The notes: a model not told the origin generated them from the sequence alone. 64,000 nucleotides of DNA from an uncultured Prevotella sp. (GCA_964599665.1 CAZRGO010000010.1:9935-73934); one strand, 5' to 3'; counted from the first letter of the stretch, positions 37,127 to 47,184 are shown. Made by a program: numbers and translations.

Positions 37127-39295
37127 TCAATTCGCCATCTCCGAGATAAACATAATCCTTACAAGTCTTATATCCTCATCGGAATAATCACCGGAAAACT
37201 CGTTGAACGCTTCTTTAAGGCTATCCGTTTCCGCCTCAGAGAAGTAGTCATATATATCGTCTATCTCCTCATCGTACATCGTATCCTCGATATAATACTC
37301 TATGTTCAGTCTCGTACCACTGTACACTATGGCCTCCAATTCGTCCAACAGTTCAACGAATTTTATTCCGAGAGATTTCGCAATGTCGTCCAAGGGCATC
37401 TTACGGTCTATACACTGCACAATCTTTACCTTTCTCATTGAGTTCTTCGCCACGCTTCGCACCCTCATATCCTCAGGCCGAACGATGTCGTTTTCCTCAC
37501 AATATTTCTTTATAAGGTCGCAGAATGGCTGTCCGTATCTCTTGGCTTTGCCCTGCCCTACCCCCTGCACATTCTGCAATTCCGCCAATGTCACAGGGTA
37601 CATCGTGGCCATTTGTTCGAGCGAACCCTCCATAAACACAATATACGGCTGTACATTATGTTTACGTGCCTCACTCTTTCTTAGGTCCTTTAGCATTGCA
37701 TACAACACGGGATCCAATGCCCCGCCACTTGCCGCACCAACCTCTATGGCATCTTCGTTGAACGTATTGTCTTCTGTAACATAAAACGCCTGCGGTTCCT
37801 TCAACCATCGTTTGCCCGCCGCTGTAACTTTCAGGTTACCGTATGTTTCTATGTCCTTTCTAATAAGCCCATCCACCATGGCCTGCCTCAGTATAGGATT
37901 CCACAAGCGGTCGTTCATACCCTCACCGCATCCGAAGTCTGCATGCAGATGGTGCTTATGCGATTCGATATCATCCGTAGAACGTCCCTTAATGAAATCC
38001 AGAACATAACTGCTGCGATAATTTTCCTTCAAGGCCATGACAGCAGTCATCATCGCCTCCAATCCTTTCGTAGCATCAACCTTTATCTTCGGCTGCATAC
38101 AGTTATCACAGCTGCCACAGTTATCTTTCGGATAGTCTTCTCCAAAATATTTCAGCAACATCTTCCTTCGGCATATGGACGATTCGGCATACGCCGCAGT
38201 CTCCTGTAGCAGATGTTTTCCAATCTCTTGTTCTGCCACCTGCTTGCTATCCATAAACTTTTCCAGCTTCTGCAGATCCTTTTGCGAATAAAAGACGATA
38301 CATTTTCCCTCGCCGCCATCACGTCCGGCACGTCCTGTCTCCTGATAATATCCCTCCAGAGACTTTGGGATATCATAGTGTATAACAAACCTCACGTCCG
38401 GTTTATCAATGCCCATACCGAACGCTATCGTTGCCACTATCACATCTATCCGCTCCATAAGGAAGTCGTCCTGTGTCTGATTACGCACAGAAGTGTCCAA
38501 TCCCGCATGGTATGGCGCTGCTTTTATGTCATTAGTTTTCAACACCTCCGCAAGTTCTTCCACCTTTTTCCTCGCCAGACAATATATTATACCACTCTTT
38601 CCGACATTCTGTTTTACAAACTTTATTATCTGTTTGTCAATGTCTGCCGTCTTTGTACGCACCTCATAATACAGGCTTGGCCGATTGAAAGAACTCATAA
38701 AGTCCTTTGCATCCGTTATACCGAGATTCTTTTTAATGTCTGCCCTGACCTTCTCCGTTGCCGTTGCCGTGAGTGCAATGATTGGCGCACGGCCTATTTC
38801 CTCTACAATCGGCCTTATCCTACGGTATTCTGGTCTGAAATCATGTCCCCACTCAGATATGCAATGTGCCTCATCAACCGCATAGAAAGATATTTTCACG
38901 TCACGCAAAAAGTTTATATTTTCTTCCTTTGTCAATGATTCCGGAGCCATATACAGCAACTTTGTGACTCCTGCCTTCACATTTCTCTTCACCTGTTCTA
39001 TTGTGGTTTTATTCATAGAAGAGTTAAGGCAGTTTGCCACTCCGTCATGCTCGCTTATGCCATTGATTACATCCACCTGATTCTTCATCAGCGCAATGAG
39101 GGGCGATATGACTATAGCCGTCCCCTCCATCAGCAACGACGGCAACTGGTAGCACAAAGACTTACCTCCGCCTGTAGGCATGAGCACAAACGTGTCATTG
39201 CCTGCAAGCAGATTTCTTATCACCGCTTCCTGTTCGCCCTTGAAAGAGTCGAAGCCGAAGTATTGTTTCAGTTTTTCAGTAAGGTTAATTTGCAT
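37127..39295 (-). CDS. recQ: ATP-dependent DNA helicase RecQ
   Basis: 722 aa. Motifs FGFDSFKGEQEAVI, MPTGGGKSLCYQLP and DEAHCISEWGHDFRPEY, a Zn-binding C4 region (CRRKMLLKYFGE...CGSCDNC), RQC and C-terminal HRDC (VQPYIVFMEGSLEQMA). Confidence 0.93.
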   Translation of the reverse strand: MQINLTEKLKQYFGFDSFKGEQEAVIRNLLAGNDTFVLMPTGGGKSLCYQLPSLLMEGTAIVISPLIALMKNQVDVINGISEHDGVANCLNSSMNKTTIEQVKRNVKAGVTKLLYMAPESLTKEENINFLRDVKISFYAVDEAHCISEWGHDFRPEYRRIRPIVEEIGRAPIIALTATATEKVRADIKKNLGITDAKDFMSSFNRPSLYYEVRTKTADIDKQIIKFVKQNVGKSGIIYCLARKKVEELAEVLKTNDIKAAPYHAGLDTSVRNQTQDDFLMERIDVIVATIAFGMGIDKPDVRFVIHYDIPKSLEGYYQETGRAGRDGGEGKCIVFYSQKDLQKLEKFMDSKQVAEQEIGKHLLQETAAYAESSICRRKMLLKYFGEDYPKDNCGSCDNCMQPKIKVDATKGLEAMMTAVMALKENYRSSYVLDFIKGRSTDDIESHKHHLHADFGCGEGMNDRLWNPILRQAMVDGLIRKDIETYGNLKVTAAGKRWLKEPQAFYVTEDNTFNEDAIEVGAASGGALDPVLYAMLKDLRKSEARKHNVQPYIVFMEGSLEQMATMYPVTLAELQNVQGVGQGKAKRYGQPFCDLIKKYCEENDIVRPEDMRVRSVAKNSMRKVKIVQCIDRKMPLDDIAKSLGIKFVELLDELEAIVYSGTRLNIEYYIEDTMYDEEIDDIYDYFSEAETDSLKEAFNEFSGDYSDEDIRLVRIMFISEMAN

Positions 39296-39346
39296 AAGTA
39301 AGCGGAGTAGATTTTTAGGGTTACCTTTATTGCAACTTGGTATTTC

Positions 39347-40579
39347 TTACATCGTCATCTCCAATTGCGACTGTGCATAATCTTTGGTCACCTCAAACTG
39401 CGATATTCCTTTGGACGGAGCCTCAAACATCGCATTAGTCATAATATTCTCCACGATAGAGCGTAATCCTCTTGCGCCAAGTTTATATTCCACAGCCTTA
39501 TCCACAATATAGTCCAGAGCCTCAGTTGTGAATGTCAGTTCAATATTGTCCATCTTAAACAACTTGATATACTGTCTCACTATACTGTTCTTAGGCTCCA
39601 CCAATATTCGTCTCAAGGCATCATGATCCAACGGGTTGAGATGTGTCAGCACCGGCAGTCGGCCTATTATCTCCGGTATCAGACCGAACGACTTCAAGTC
39701 TTGTGGCGCAACGTAGCGCATCATCTCCTTTTGGTCTATCTTACGCGTATTCTGAACACTGTTATATCCCACGGTGTGCGTATTCATCCTCTGCGCTATT
39801 TTCCGTTCTATACCGTCAAATGCGCCCCCGCATATAAAGAGAATATTGCGCGTATCCACATGTATATAATCCTGATCGGGGTGCTTTCGGCCGCCCTTTG
39901 GCGGAACATTTACTATCGTTCCCTCAAGTAGCTTAAGCAGTCCTTGCTGCACTCCCTCTCCGCTCACATCACGCGTTATACTCGGATTATCCGCCTTACG
40001 GGCAATTTTGTCTATCTCGTCAATGAACACGATACCTCTCTGTGCCGCTTCCAAATCGTAGTCTGACACCTGCAGCAACCTTGAAAGGATACTCTCCACG
40101 TCCTCGCCCACATACCCGGCTTCGGTAAACACCGTAGCATCCACAATAGTGAACGGCACATTAAGCAGCTTTGCTATCGTACGTGCCATGAGAGTCTTGC
40201 CCGTACCCGTAGAGCCAACCATTATAATATTACTCTTCTCTATCTCTACACCGTCCTCGTCGTCAGGCTGCGAGAGCCTTTTATAATGGTTATATACCGC
40301 CACCGAAAGATAGCGTTTGGCGTCATCCTGACCTATTATGTATTGATCGAGATATTCCTTTATCTCCGTTGGCTTTGGAACATCCTTCATCTGTGGTGCG
40401 TCATTCTCTTCTCCCACACTCTTTTTCCTGACGCCTATGCCCAGTGCAGACTCCGCAATATGCCAGGCCTGCTCCGCGCAATCATTACATATAAAGCCAT
40501 TCATGCCCGTAATGAGCATCCTAACATCCTCTTCACCCCTACCACAGAAGCTGCATACATTCGATTTTCTCTTTACCAT
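39347..40579 (-). CDS. clpX: ATP-dependent Clp protease ATP-binding subunit ClpX
   Basis: 410 aa. N-terminal Zn-finger (CSFCGR...CNDC), Walker [18 protein letters not shown]. Confidence 0.95.
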   Translation of the reverse strand: MVKRKSNVCSFCGRGEEDVRMLITGMNGFICNDCAEQAWHIAESALGIGVRKKSVGEENDAPQMKDVPKPTEIKEYLDQYIIGQDDAKRYLSVAVYNHYKRLSQPDDEDGVEIEKSNIIMVGSTGTGKTLMARTIAKLLNVPFTIVDATVFTEAGYVGEDVESILSRLLQVSDYDLEAAQRGIVFIDEIDKIARKADNPSITRDVSGEGVQQGLLKLLEGTIVNVPPKGGRKHPDQDYIHVDTRNILFICGGAFDGIERKIAQRMNTHTVGYNSVQNTRKIDQKEMMRYVAPQDLKSFGLIPEIIGRLPVLTHLNPLDHDALRRILVEPKNSIVRQYIKLFKMDNIELTFTTEALDYIVDKAVEYKLGARGLRSIVENIMTNAMFEAPSKGISQFEVTKDYAQSQLEMTM

Positions 40580-40585
40580 CGTGTA

Positions 40586-41257
40586 TTATTTCTTTACCAA
40601 AACCCGGTCTATCATACCATATTCCTTTGCCTCTTCAGCCGTCATCCAATAGTTTCGGTCAGAATCCGCCCACACTTTTTCATACGGTGTATGCGAGTGA
40701 GTACTTATTATAGTATAGAGTTCCTTCTTAAATTTCTGTATTTCCTTCGCCTCTATCTCTATGTCGCTGGCCTGTCCCTGCACGCCTCCGAGCGGCTGAT
40801 GGATCATTACCCTACTGTGTGGCAATGCAGAGCGCTTTCCCTCTGCACCCGCAACAAGCAGTACCGCGCCCATTGATGCCGCCATTCCCGTGCAGATGGT
40901 AGCCACGTCACTTGATATGAACTGCATAGTATCATATATACCCAATCCCGCCGTAACGCTTCCGCCAGGAGAATTGATATATATTGAAATATCTTTTTCC
41001 GGATCTGTAGAGTCCAAATACAACAGTTGCGCCTGTATCGTGTTTGCGGTATAGTCGTTAATTTCCGTTCCGAGGAATATAATGCGATCCATCATCAGTC
41101 GTGAGAACACATCCATCTGCGTCACGTTCAGCTGCCTTTCCTCTAATATATAAGGGTTAAGATACTGAGCCTGTGCCGCCATAACATCGTCAAGCGCCAT
41201 ACCGTTCATTCCCAAATGGCGCGTAGCATATTTTCTGAAATCACTTATCAAATTCAT
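40586..41257 (-). CDS. clpP: ATP-dependent Clp protease proteolytic subunit ClpP
   Basis: 223 aa. Catalytic-region motifs GMAASMGAVLL and RVMIHQPLGG. Lies 6 nt upstream of clpX. Confidence 0.95.
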   Translation of the reverse strand: MNLISDFRKYATRHLGMNGMALDDVMAAQAQYLNPYILEERQLNVTQMDVFSRLMMDRIIFLGTEINDYTANTIQAQLLYLDSTDPEKDISIYINSPGGSVTAGLGIYDTMQFISSDVATICTGMAASMGAVLLVAGAEGKRSALPHSRVMIHQPLGGVQGQASDIEIEAKEIQKFKKELYTIISTHSHTPYEKVWADSDRNYWMTAEEAKEYGMIDRVLVKK

Positions 41258-41546
41258 AATTCTTCACAAGAATAAAAATAAAGTACAAATAATAAATATA
41301 ATTCACATTAGCAATCGCCTCCACACGATCAACGCAACCGATACGATTGTTCCCCTACAACCGCCCGCATGCAAGCGGACACGCCCACCGTTCTATGCGT
41401 TAATCGCCCGCAACACAATGCTTATTCTCCCGTTTGGGAAGAGTTCAGCGCATTACGCAACGATAGAACAAAATTAATTGTTTTTTTTCTAATATCCAAA
41501 TTTTTCTCGGACTTTTTTTTGAAAGTGGCATCTTATTTCACACGAA

Positions 41547-41575
41547 AATGTCCAAATTACAATGGTTTGGACATT
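41547..41575 (-). terminator. Hairpin terminator after the small lipoprotein gene
   Basis: AATGTCCAAA (41547-56) / TTTGGACATT (41566-75), a 10-bp perfect stem with T residues at the 3' end on the minus strand. Lies about 17 nt past the stop at 41592. Confidence 0.5.
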
Positions 41576-41591
41576 TGTTTCCATTCAAACA

Positions 41592-41984
41592 TCACTTCAG
41601 ATACCACACGCCATCTCTCTCCATCATCGGCACAACAATCTCTTCCTGCACGCTGTCGGCATATATAATGGCGAGAAAAGCGTTAACACTGTTAGTAGAA
41701 CTATCCACCACAGCACGCAATGGCGTCACCGTGCTGATGCCACCATGTTCCCTCTCCTGTCTCTCCATAAACATCTGCATATTAAGCACCAGCTGCTGAC
41801 GATAAGCCGGCGGCACGCTGTCGCCATGCAGCGTGCCGTCCACGTATGCGTCATAGTCACCCTGCAGCAAGCGGTCATAGTAAACCTTGGCCGTTTGCAG
41901 GGCTATTTCCTCCCGTTTCACGCCGTTATCCCCACACGAGACAAGCAACATGAAAGCCATGACGCAGAATGCTATTCCCCTCAT
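41592..41984 (-). CDS. Small lipoprotein of unknown function
   Basis: About 130 aa with a lipobox (FMLLVSC). Immediately downstream of der: the der stop is at 41987-41989 and the ATG at 41984. No catalytic motifs recognised. Confidence 0.55.
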   Translation of the reverse strand: MRGIAFCVMAFMLLVSCGDNGVKREEIALQTAKVYYDRLLQGDYDAYVDGTLHGDSVPPAYRQQLVLNMQMFMERQEREHGGISTVTPLRAVVDSSTNSVNAFLAIIYADSVQEEIVVPMMERDGVWYLK

Positions 41985-41986
41985 CA

Positions 41987-43300
41987 CTACTTCTGTCTGA
42001 TAAAGACGTTTATTGGCGTACCCGTCAACTGCCAGTGGGCACGTATCTGATTCTCCAAAAAGCGACGGTATTGCTCTTTCACATACTGTGGCAGGTTAGC
42101 ATAAAACACAAATGTGGGAATCTGCGTATCGGGCACCTGCGTACAATATTTTATCTTTATATATTTACCTTTAACCGACTGCGGCGGCGTAGCCTCTATG
42201 ATAGGCAACATCACCTCATTGAGTTTACTGGTACCTATGCGCGCCTTACGGTTCAGATACACCTGCTTTGCAGTCTCCAACACCTTATATATTCTCTGCT
42301 TTGTCACTGCAGAGGCAAAGACAATGGGAAAATCCGTAAACGGAGCCATGCGCTCACGTATAGCGTTCTCAAACGTAGAGATAACCGCCTGCGACTTCTC
42401 TGTAACCAAATCCCATTTGTTCACCACCACAACCAGCGATTTATTGTTCTTCTGTATCAACTGGAATATATTCATATCCTGCGCCTCTATGCCTCGTGTG
42501 GCATCTATCATGAGTATGCAGACATCCGAATTTTCTATAGCCCGTATTGAGCGCATAACGCTATAGAACTCCAGATCCTCGCTAACCTTGTTCTTACGGC
42601 GTATACCTGCAGTATCAACCAAATAGAAGTCAAAACCGAATTTGTCGTAACGTGTATAGATAGAGTCACGTGTAGTACCGGCTATCTCGGTCACAATATT
42701 ACGTTCCTCACCTATGAAAGCGTTGATAATGCTCGACTTTCCGGCGTTAGGCCTGCCCACTACCGCAAAACGCGGTATGCCGTCTGCCACGCCGTCTTCT
42801 GCAGTCTCCGGCAATTCCTCCAGCACCTTGTCCAGCAAGTCACCGGTACCGAACCCCGATACAGCACTGACACAGAATGGGTCACCAAGTCCCAACCTAT
42901 AAAAATCGGCTGCATAATACTGCTGCTCGTTATTATCCGTCTTGTTGCTAACCAATATCACCGGCAGTTTTGTCTTACGCAAGATCTGCGCCACATCGGC
43001 ATCCAGATCCGTTACGCCCGTCTGCACATCAACAAGAAACAGCACCAAATCCGCTTCCTCGGTGGCAATGGTCACCTGACGCCTTATAGCATCCTCAAAA
43101 ATGTCGTCACTGTTCACGACCCATCCGCCGGTATCGACTACGGAAAATTCCCTTCCGGCCCATTCACACTTGCCATATTGCCTGTCACGTGTGGTGCCGG
43201 CAACATCGCTTACTATAGCCTGACGTGTCTTCGTCAGCCTGTTAAACAGTGTAGACTTACCCACATTGGGGCGGCCTACTATCGCTACTAAATTTCCCAT
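41987..43300 (-). CDS. der: Ribosome-biogenesis GTPase Der (EngA), tandem G-domains
   Basis: 437 aa with two G1 motifs (GRPNVGKST and GRPNAGKSS) and a C-terminal KH-like domain. Confidence 0.93.
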   Translation of the reverse strand: MGNLVAIVGRPNVGKSTLFNRLTKTRQAIVSDVAGTTRDRQYGKCEWAGREFSVVDTGGWVVNSDDIFEDAIRRQVTIATEEADLVLFLVDVQTGVTDLDADVAQILRKTKLPVILVSNKTDNNEQQYYAADFYRLGLGDPFCVSAVSGFGTGDLLDKVLEELPETAEDGVADGIPRFAVVGRPNAGKSSIINAFIGEERNIVTEIAGTTRDSIYTRYDKFGFDFYLVDTAGIRRKNKVSEDLEFYSVMRSIRAIENSDVCILMIDATRGIEAQDMNIFQLIQKNNKSLVVVVNKWDLVTEKSQAVISTFENAIRERMAPFTDFPIVFASAVTKQRIYKVLETAKQVYLNRKARIGTSKLNEVMLPIIEATPPQSVKGKYIKIKYCTQVPDTQIPTFVFYANLPQYVKEQYRRFLENQIRAHWQLTGTPINVFIRQK

Positions 43301-43425
43301 TTTTCATTTCCCGTCCTTTTCGGGTTCTCTAAATTTTTGCTCAGTAACACAACTGGGTTTATATTACTCTGGGATGTCAATTATTATTTATGCACAAAGC
43401 AACTTCACGGCACAAAGCCGCTAAT

Positions 43426-43743
43426 CTATGCGGGCGTGTCCGACTTATAGAACAGTTTGCCAACACGTCTCACATGCTCACCTATCGGAGTGTCCTCATA
43501 TCTCTTATAGTCAAGCAAGTCAACCTTATAGAGCAACGCCAAGTCGTCTATACGGACATACATATCCATCATCTCGACGTAAGGGATGTCCCCATCATAC
43601 ACAACGGCTAAATCTATGTCAGAGCCTTCGGTATAATTGCCTTTCGCCCTTGAGCCAAAAATCCGCACTTCATGCACCTTTGGAAACTGCCGGAATACCC
43701 CTTGCAATTCAGATACGACATTATCACTCAATCCAAATCTCAT
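43426..43743 (-). CDS. mntA: MNT-type nucleotidyltransferase (HI0073/MntA-like antitoxin)
   Basis: NTase motif FGSRAKGNYTEGSDIDLAV. Start set at the ATG (MRFGLSDN...) that overlaps the upstream HEPN stop as ATGA. The track ORF extends 8 codons further. Confidence 0.8.
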   Translation of the reverse strand: MRFGLSDNVVSELQGVFRQFPKVHEVRIFGSRAKGNYTEGSDIDLAVVYDGDIPYVEMMDMYVRIDDLALLYKVDLLDYKRYEDTPIGEHVRRVGKLFYKSDTPA

Positions 43744-44171
43744 ACTCCGGCAGCATTTATCGTCCATTCCTTACCAAGTATATCGTCCAATTCTTTCAGT
43801 AACGGGGCGTACGTAGTGTAAATATCACGCACAACCTCCATCAACTCCGCCTCGTTATAGGTATGTGATGTCGCCACCCTCGCTATAGCCATACGCCGCC
43901 ACGCATCATGAGAGGCTATCAAGCCATCCTCAACCGCCTGTCGTAACGTACCATTCGGCCCTTGCATAAACTTATAGCCCTTATACTTCAGCAGGTCTTG
44001 CATTACTTTCCAAGCCAATTCAAACGTATATTCAAAACGTTGCACAAGCCCCTCACGTTCAAGTTCCGACAAGTCCTCGGGTGCCTTGCCGGACTCTACC
44101 ACTTCCAAAACACGCCCGCAAGCGCGGTGGTAGTTGCTATATCTCTGTAGCCAACGTATGTCCTGTGTCAT
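43740..44171 (-). CDS. hepT: HI0074-family HEPN-domain protein (HepT-like toxin; nucleotidyltransferase substrate-binding protein)
   Basis: 143 aa. Motifs RWLQRYSNY...EREGLVQRFEYTFELAWKVMQD and the Rx4H HEPN motif RVATSH (ARVATSHTY). Confidence 0.8.
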   Translation of the reverse strand: MTQDIRWLQRYSNYHRACGRVLEVVESGKAPEDLSELEREGLVQRFEYTFELAWKVMQDLLKYKGYKFMQGPNGTLRQAVEDGLIASHDAWRRMAIARVATSHTYNEAELMEVVRDIYTTYAPLLKELDDILGKEWTINAAGV

Positions 44172-44186
44172 TTTTCGTCTGTTATC

Positions 44187-45068
44187 TTATTCTGGGTTAT
44201 ATCCGAAAGCGTTAAGCTCACGGTCGTTGCTGCGCCAATCCTTATCCACCTTCACATAGGTCTCAAGGTATATATTCTTGCCGAAGAACCTTTCAAGCGC
44301 CTTACGGGCCTCAATATTCACTTTCTTTATCGCCACACCCTGATGTCCTATGATTATACCCTTCTGCGAATCACGTTCCACATAGATAGTGGCCATGATA
44401 TGAATGCTGCGTTCTTTCTCCTTGAACGACTCGCAACGCACCTCCACCGCATACGGTATCTCCTTGTCATAATAAAGCAGTATCTTCTCCCTTATTATCT
44501 CAGTAACAAAGAAACGAGCGGGTTTATCGGTCAACTGTTCCTTGTCAAAGTAAGGCGGAGAGTCCGGCAGCAGATCCTTTATGCGGTTCAGCAACATATC
44601 CACGCCAAACTTGTTCTTGGCGGATATTGGCAGAATCTCGGCATTGGGCAGCAACGAATGCCACTTCTCCACAATATTACCGAGCGCCGCCTGATCCGAC
44701 ATGTCAATCTTATTGATAAGCAGTATGACCGGAATGGTCTGCCGCGCCACCTTGTCGAGGAACTCACGGTTCTTCTCCGGGTTCTCAACCACATCCGTAA
44801 CATACAGCAACACATCGGCATCGGTAAGCGCCGACTCCGAGAATGCGAGCATAGACTCCTGCAACTTGTAGTTGGGTTTAAGGACACCAGGGGTGTCTGA
44901 GAATACTATTTGCATCTCAGGAGTGTTCACTATGCCCATGATGCGATGCCTTGTGGTCTGCGCTTTGAAAGTCGCAATAGAAATACGCTCACCAACCAAT
45001 TGGTTCATGAGCGTACTCTTACCTACGTTGGGATTGCCAACGATATTTACAAATCCTGCTTTATGCAT
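44187..45068 (-). CDS. era: GTPase Era
   Basis: 293 aa with G1 GNPNVGKST, G3 DTPG, NKID and a C-terminal KH domain. Confidence 0.93.
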   Translation of the reverse strand: MHKAGFVNIVGNPNVGKSTLMNQLVGERISIATFKAQTTRHRIMGIVNTPEMQIVFSDTPGVLKPNYKLQESMLAFSESALTDADVLLYVTDVVENPEKNREFLDKVARQTIPVILLINKIDMSDQAALGNIVEKWHSLLPNAEILPISAKNKFGVDMLLNRIKDLLPDSPPYFDKEQLTDKPARFFVTEIIREKILLYYDKEIPYAVEVRCESFKEKERSIHIMATIYVERDSQKGIIIGHQGVAIKKVNIEARKALERFFGKNIYLETYVKVDKDWRSNDRELNAFGYNPE

Positions 45069-46081
45069 TATTTTCCTACTTTATCACCGTCATATCCCCA
45101 CTTGATATAAGACGCTCCGTGAACGAAACCGGCACCGAAAGCGGTAAAGATGACATTGTCACCCTTCTTGAGTTTCTGTTCAAAGTCCCACAGGGCGAGT
45201 GCTATAGAGGCTGCGCTGGTATTGCCGTAGTGCTCGATATTTATCATCACCTTATCCATAGACAAATCCAGCCTCTTTGTCACGGCCTCAATAATACGCA
45301 TATTTGCCTCATGAGGTATAACCCAATTCACATCGTCTTTGGTCAGGTTGTTACGCCTCATCACCTCTTCCACATCGTCTGCCATGCTGGTAACGGCATA
45401 GCGGAAGACGGTACGTCCCTCCTGATAGATGTAGTGCATGCGGTGATCTACGGTGTAGTGCGAAGACGGACATACAGAGCCGCCGGCTTTCATGTGCAGG
45501 AAAGGCAGTCCCAATCCATCGGTACGCAAGAAAGAATCCTGCAAGCCAACGCCCTCCTCCGTTGTTGCCTCCACCAATACGGCAGCGGCACCGTCGCCGA
45601 AGAGCACACATGTCTGACGGTCGGTATAGTCAGTAATAGATGACATCTTCTCGGCCGCTACAACAATGATTTTCTTATAGCGTCCGCTTTGTATCATGGA
45701 CGACGCAAGATCTACGGTATAAAGGAAACCGCAACAAGCGCAAGACACATCGAAACCGTGAGCGTTTTTCAAGCCCAGCTTACCTATTACTATTGCAGCA
45801 TTTGAAGGAAAGCGATAGTCCGATGTCGTGGTACAACAGATAACACAGTCTATTGTCTGCGGATCAACAGCCGTTTTGTGCAACAGTTGACGACACGCCT
45901 TGCGGGCAAGGTATGCGGATCCGAGACCCTCTTCATCAAGGATGCGGCGTTCCTTAATACCTACACGCGTAAGAATCCACTCATCACTGGTATCAACCAT
46001 GCGCGAAAGCTCCTCATTAGTGAGGATATACTCCGGCACATAGCCACCGACACCAGTGATAACAGCATTGATTTTCTCCAT
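45068..46081 (-). CDS. fabH: 3-oxoacyl-ACP synthase III
   Basis: 337 aa with active-site Cys context (DVSCACCGF) and the C-terminal HEANMRI...GNTSAASI...GAGF. Confidence 0.92.
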   Translation of the reverse strand: MEKINAVITGVGGYVPEYILTNEELSRMVDTSDEWILTRVGIKERRILDEEGLGSAYLARKACRQLLHKTAVDPQTIDCVICCTTTSDYRFPSNAAIVIGKLGLKNAHGFDVSCACCGFLYTVDLASSMIQSGRYKKIIVVAAEKMSSITDYTDRQTCVLFGDGAAAVLVEATTEEGVGLQDSFLRTDGLGLPFLHMKAGGSVCPSSHYTVDHRMHYIYQEGRTVFRYAVTSMADDVEEVMRRNNLTKDDVNWVIPHEANMRIIEAVTKRLDLSMDKVMINIEHYGNTSAASIALALWDFEQKLKKGDNVIFTAFGAGFVHGASYIKWGYDGDKVGK

Positions 46082-46100
46082 TTAACAAGATAGGATTATG

Positions 46101-46289
46101 TTACTCTGCAGCCTCTTCCATTACGATAGCCTGCTTGCCACGATACTGACCGCAAGTAGGACATACCGTATGATATACGTAGTATGCACCGCAGTTAGGG
46201 CATATAGCGAGTGTTGGAGCTACTGCCTTGTCATGAGTACGACGCTTGAGAGTACGAGTCTTTGACTGTCTTCTTTTAGGATGTGCCAT
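46101..46289 (-). CDS. rpmF: 50S ribosomal protein L32
   Basis: 62 aa. MAHPKRRQSKTRTLKRRTHD... with the CxxC...CxxC zinc ribbon. Confidence 0.92.
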   Translation of the reverse strand: MAHPKRRQSKTRTLKRRTHDKAVAPTLAICPNCGAYYVYHTVCPTCGQYRGKQAIVMEEAAE

Positions 46290-46312
46290 TTTTTCTTTTT
46301 AATTTTTTGTTG

Positions 46313-46834
46313 TTAATTCTTTAGTTTTTCCAAATCGGCCCAACGAGGATCCACCGCGTCACCCATATCATCACCACTTCGGGTGGCTGACAACTCTTCG
46401 AGTTTCCGTGTCATCGCATCATTGCATTTTCCAGGTGCATGAACGTGCTTGATGGGTATGGCCAACGCTATAGTCTCATATATCAGCCATGACAAAGGTA
46501 GGATACCGTCTTTTTCGTCAACCACTATCACATCGTCATCAACGGCTGAATCATTGCCGAGCCGTATAGTGTAGGTGCTGTCACCGGTTATATGCTGTTC
46601 CATGTCGTCAAGACAACGGTCACACTGCACAGTCACGGTACCGGCAACCTTCAGAGACAGCATATACTCCGAAGAGGCAGCTTTGGTTAAAGCCACCTCC
46701 GCGCGGACATCGCCGCTCTTTACTGTTGCTTCATCAATGGAATTGAAATATTCCTCACGAAGAACATAGGTTGCCTCGAAAGAGTCTTCCTGTAATATCA
46801 AAAGGTCGATATCAAGTGTATCCATACTAAGCAT
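46313..46834 (-). CDS. yceD: YceD/DUF177 family protein (large-subunit rRNA accumulation protein)
   Basis: 173 aa with conserved CDRCLD motif. Canonical position upstream of rpmF. Confidence 0.8.
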   Translation of the reverse strand: MLSMDTLDIDLLILQEDSFEATYVLREEYFNSIDEATVKSGDVRAEVALTKAASSEYMLSLKVAGTVTVQCDRCLDDMEQHITGDSTYTIRLGNDSAVDDDVIVVDEKDGILPLSWLIYETIALAIPIKHVHAPGKCNDAMTRKLEELSATRSGDDMGDAVDPRWADLEKLKN

Positions 46835-46841
46835 TTGGGTG

Positions 46842-46873
46842 CAAAGTTAGTAATATTTTCCGAACCGACCAAA
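46842..46873 (-). promoter_or_regulatory. Promoter (-33 TTTG / -7 TAACTTTG) of the yceD-rpmF-fabH-era operon
   Basis: Plus-strand CAAAGTTA at 46842-46849 and CAAA at 46870-46873, with a 20-nt spacer. The leader to the ATG at 46834 is very short. Confidence 0.55.
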
Positions 46874-46972
46874 TTTTTCCTGTATTTTTTCTGTTGCAAA
46901 ACAAGCAAAAAGTTCCTTTCCTACCATCGTGCGCACAGAACAGAGATAACACCGTTTTGCAAAGGCAATACC

Positions 46973-47082
46973 CTTACATTGTAATCGCAGTGCCTTTACC
47001 ATGTAATCGCTATGCTTTTACACTGCAATCGCAGTGCTTTTACAACACAATCGCAGTGCGATTACGACGGCATGCAATACGA
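46973..47082. repeat. Tandem array of four to five 22-nt units (consensus about TTTACAnTGTAATCGCAGTGCn)
   Basis: Units start at 46973, 46995, 47017, 47039 and (degenerate) 47061. Internal palindromes are TTACATTGTAA and AATCGCAGTGCGATT. The array lies in the divergent yceD / rsfS promoter region. Confidence 0.8.
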
Positions 47083-47176
47083 GCCTTTTCAAAAGCATTA
47101 TCACACCGCTCTTACGAAAAAACACAAAAAAAGCAAAAAAAAGGCATTGGCATGCTTTTAATAAATAAATAATGTG

Positions 47177-47184
47177 TAACTTTG
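47177..47184 (+). promoter_or_regulatory. -7 box TAACTTTG upstream of rsfS
   Basis: Exact TAnnTTTG match 36 nt before the rsfS ATG. Confidence 0.45.

Noticed and set aside
41369-41668. 99-aa plus-strand ORF in the clpP upstream gap
   Set aside because: It runs through T-runs and the terminator hairpin and into the lipoprotein gene in antisense. No promoter is present.
46973-47082. CRISPR array
   Set aside because: The units are directly adjacent (22-nt period) with no unique spacers, and no cas genes are present in the window.
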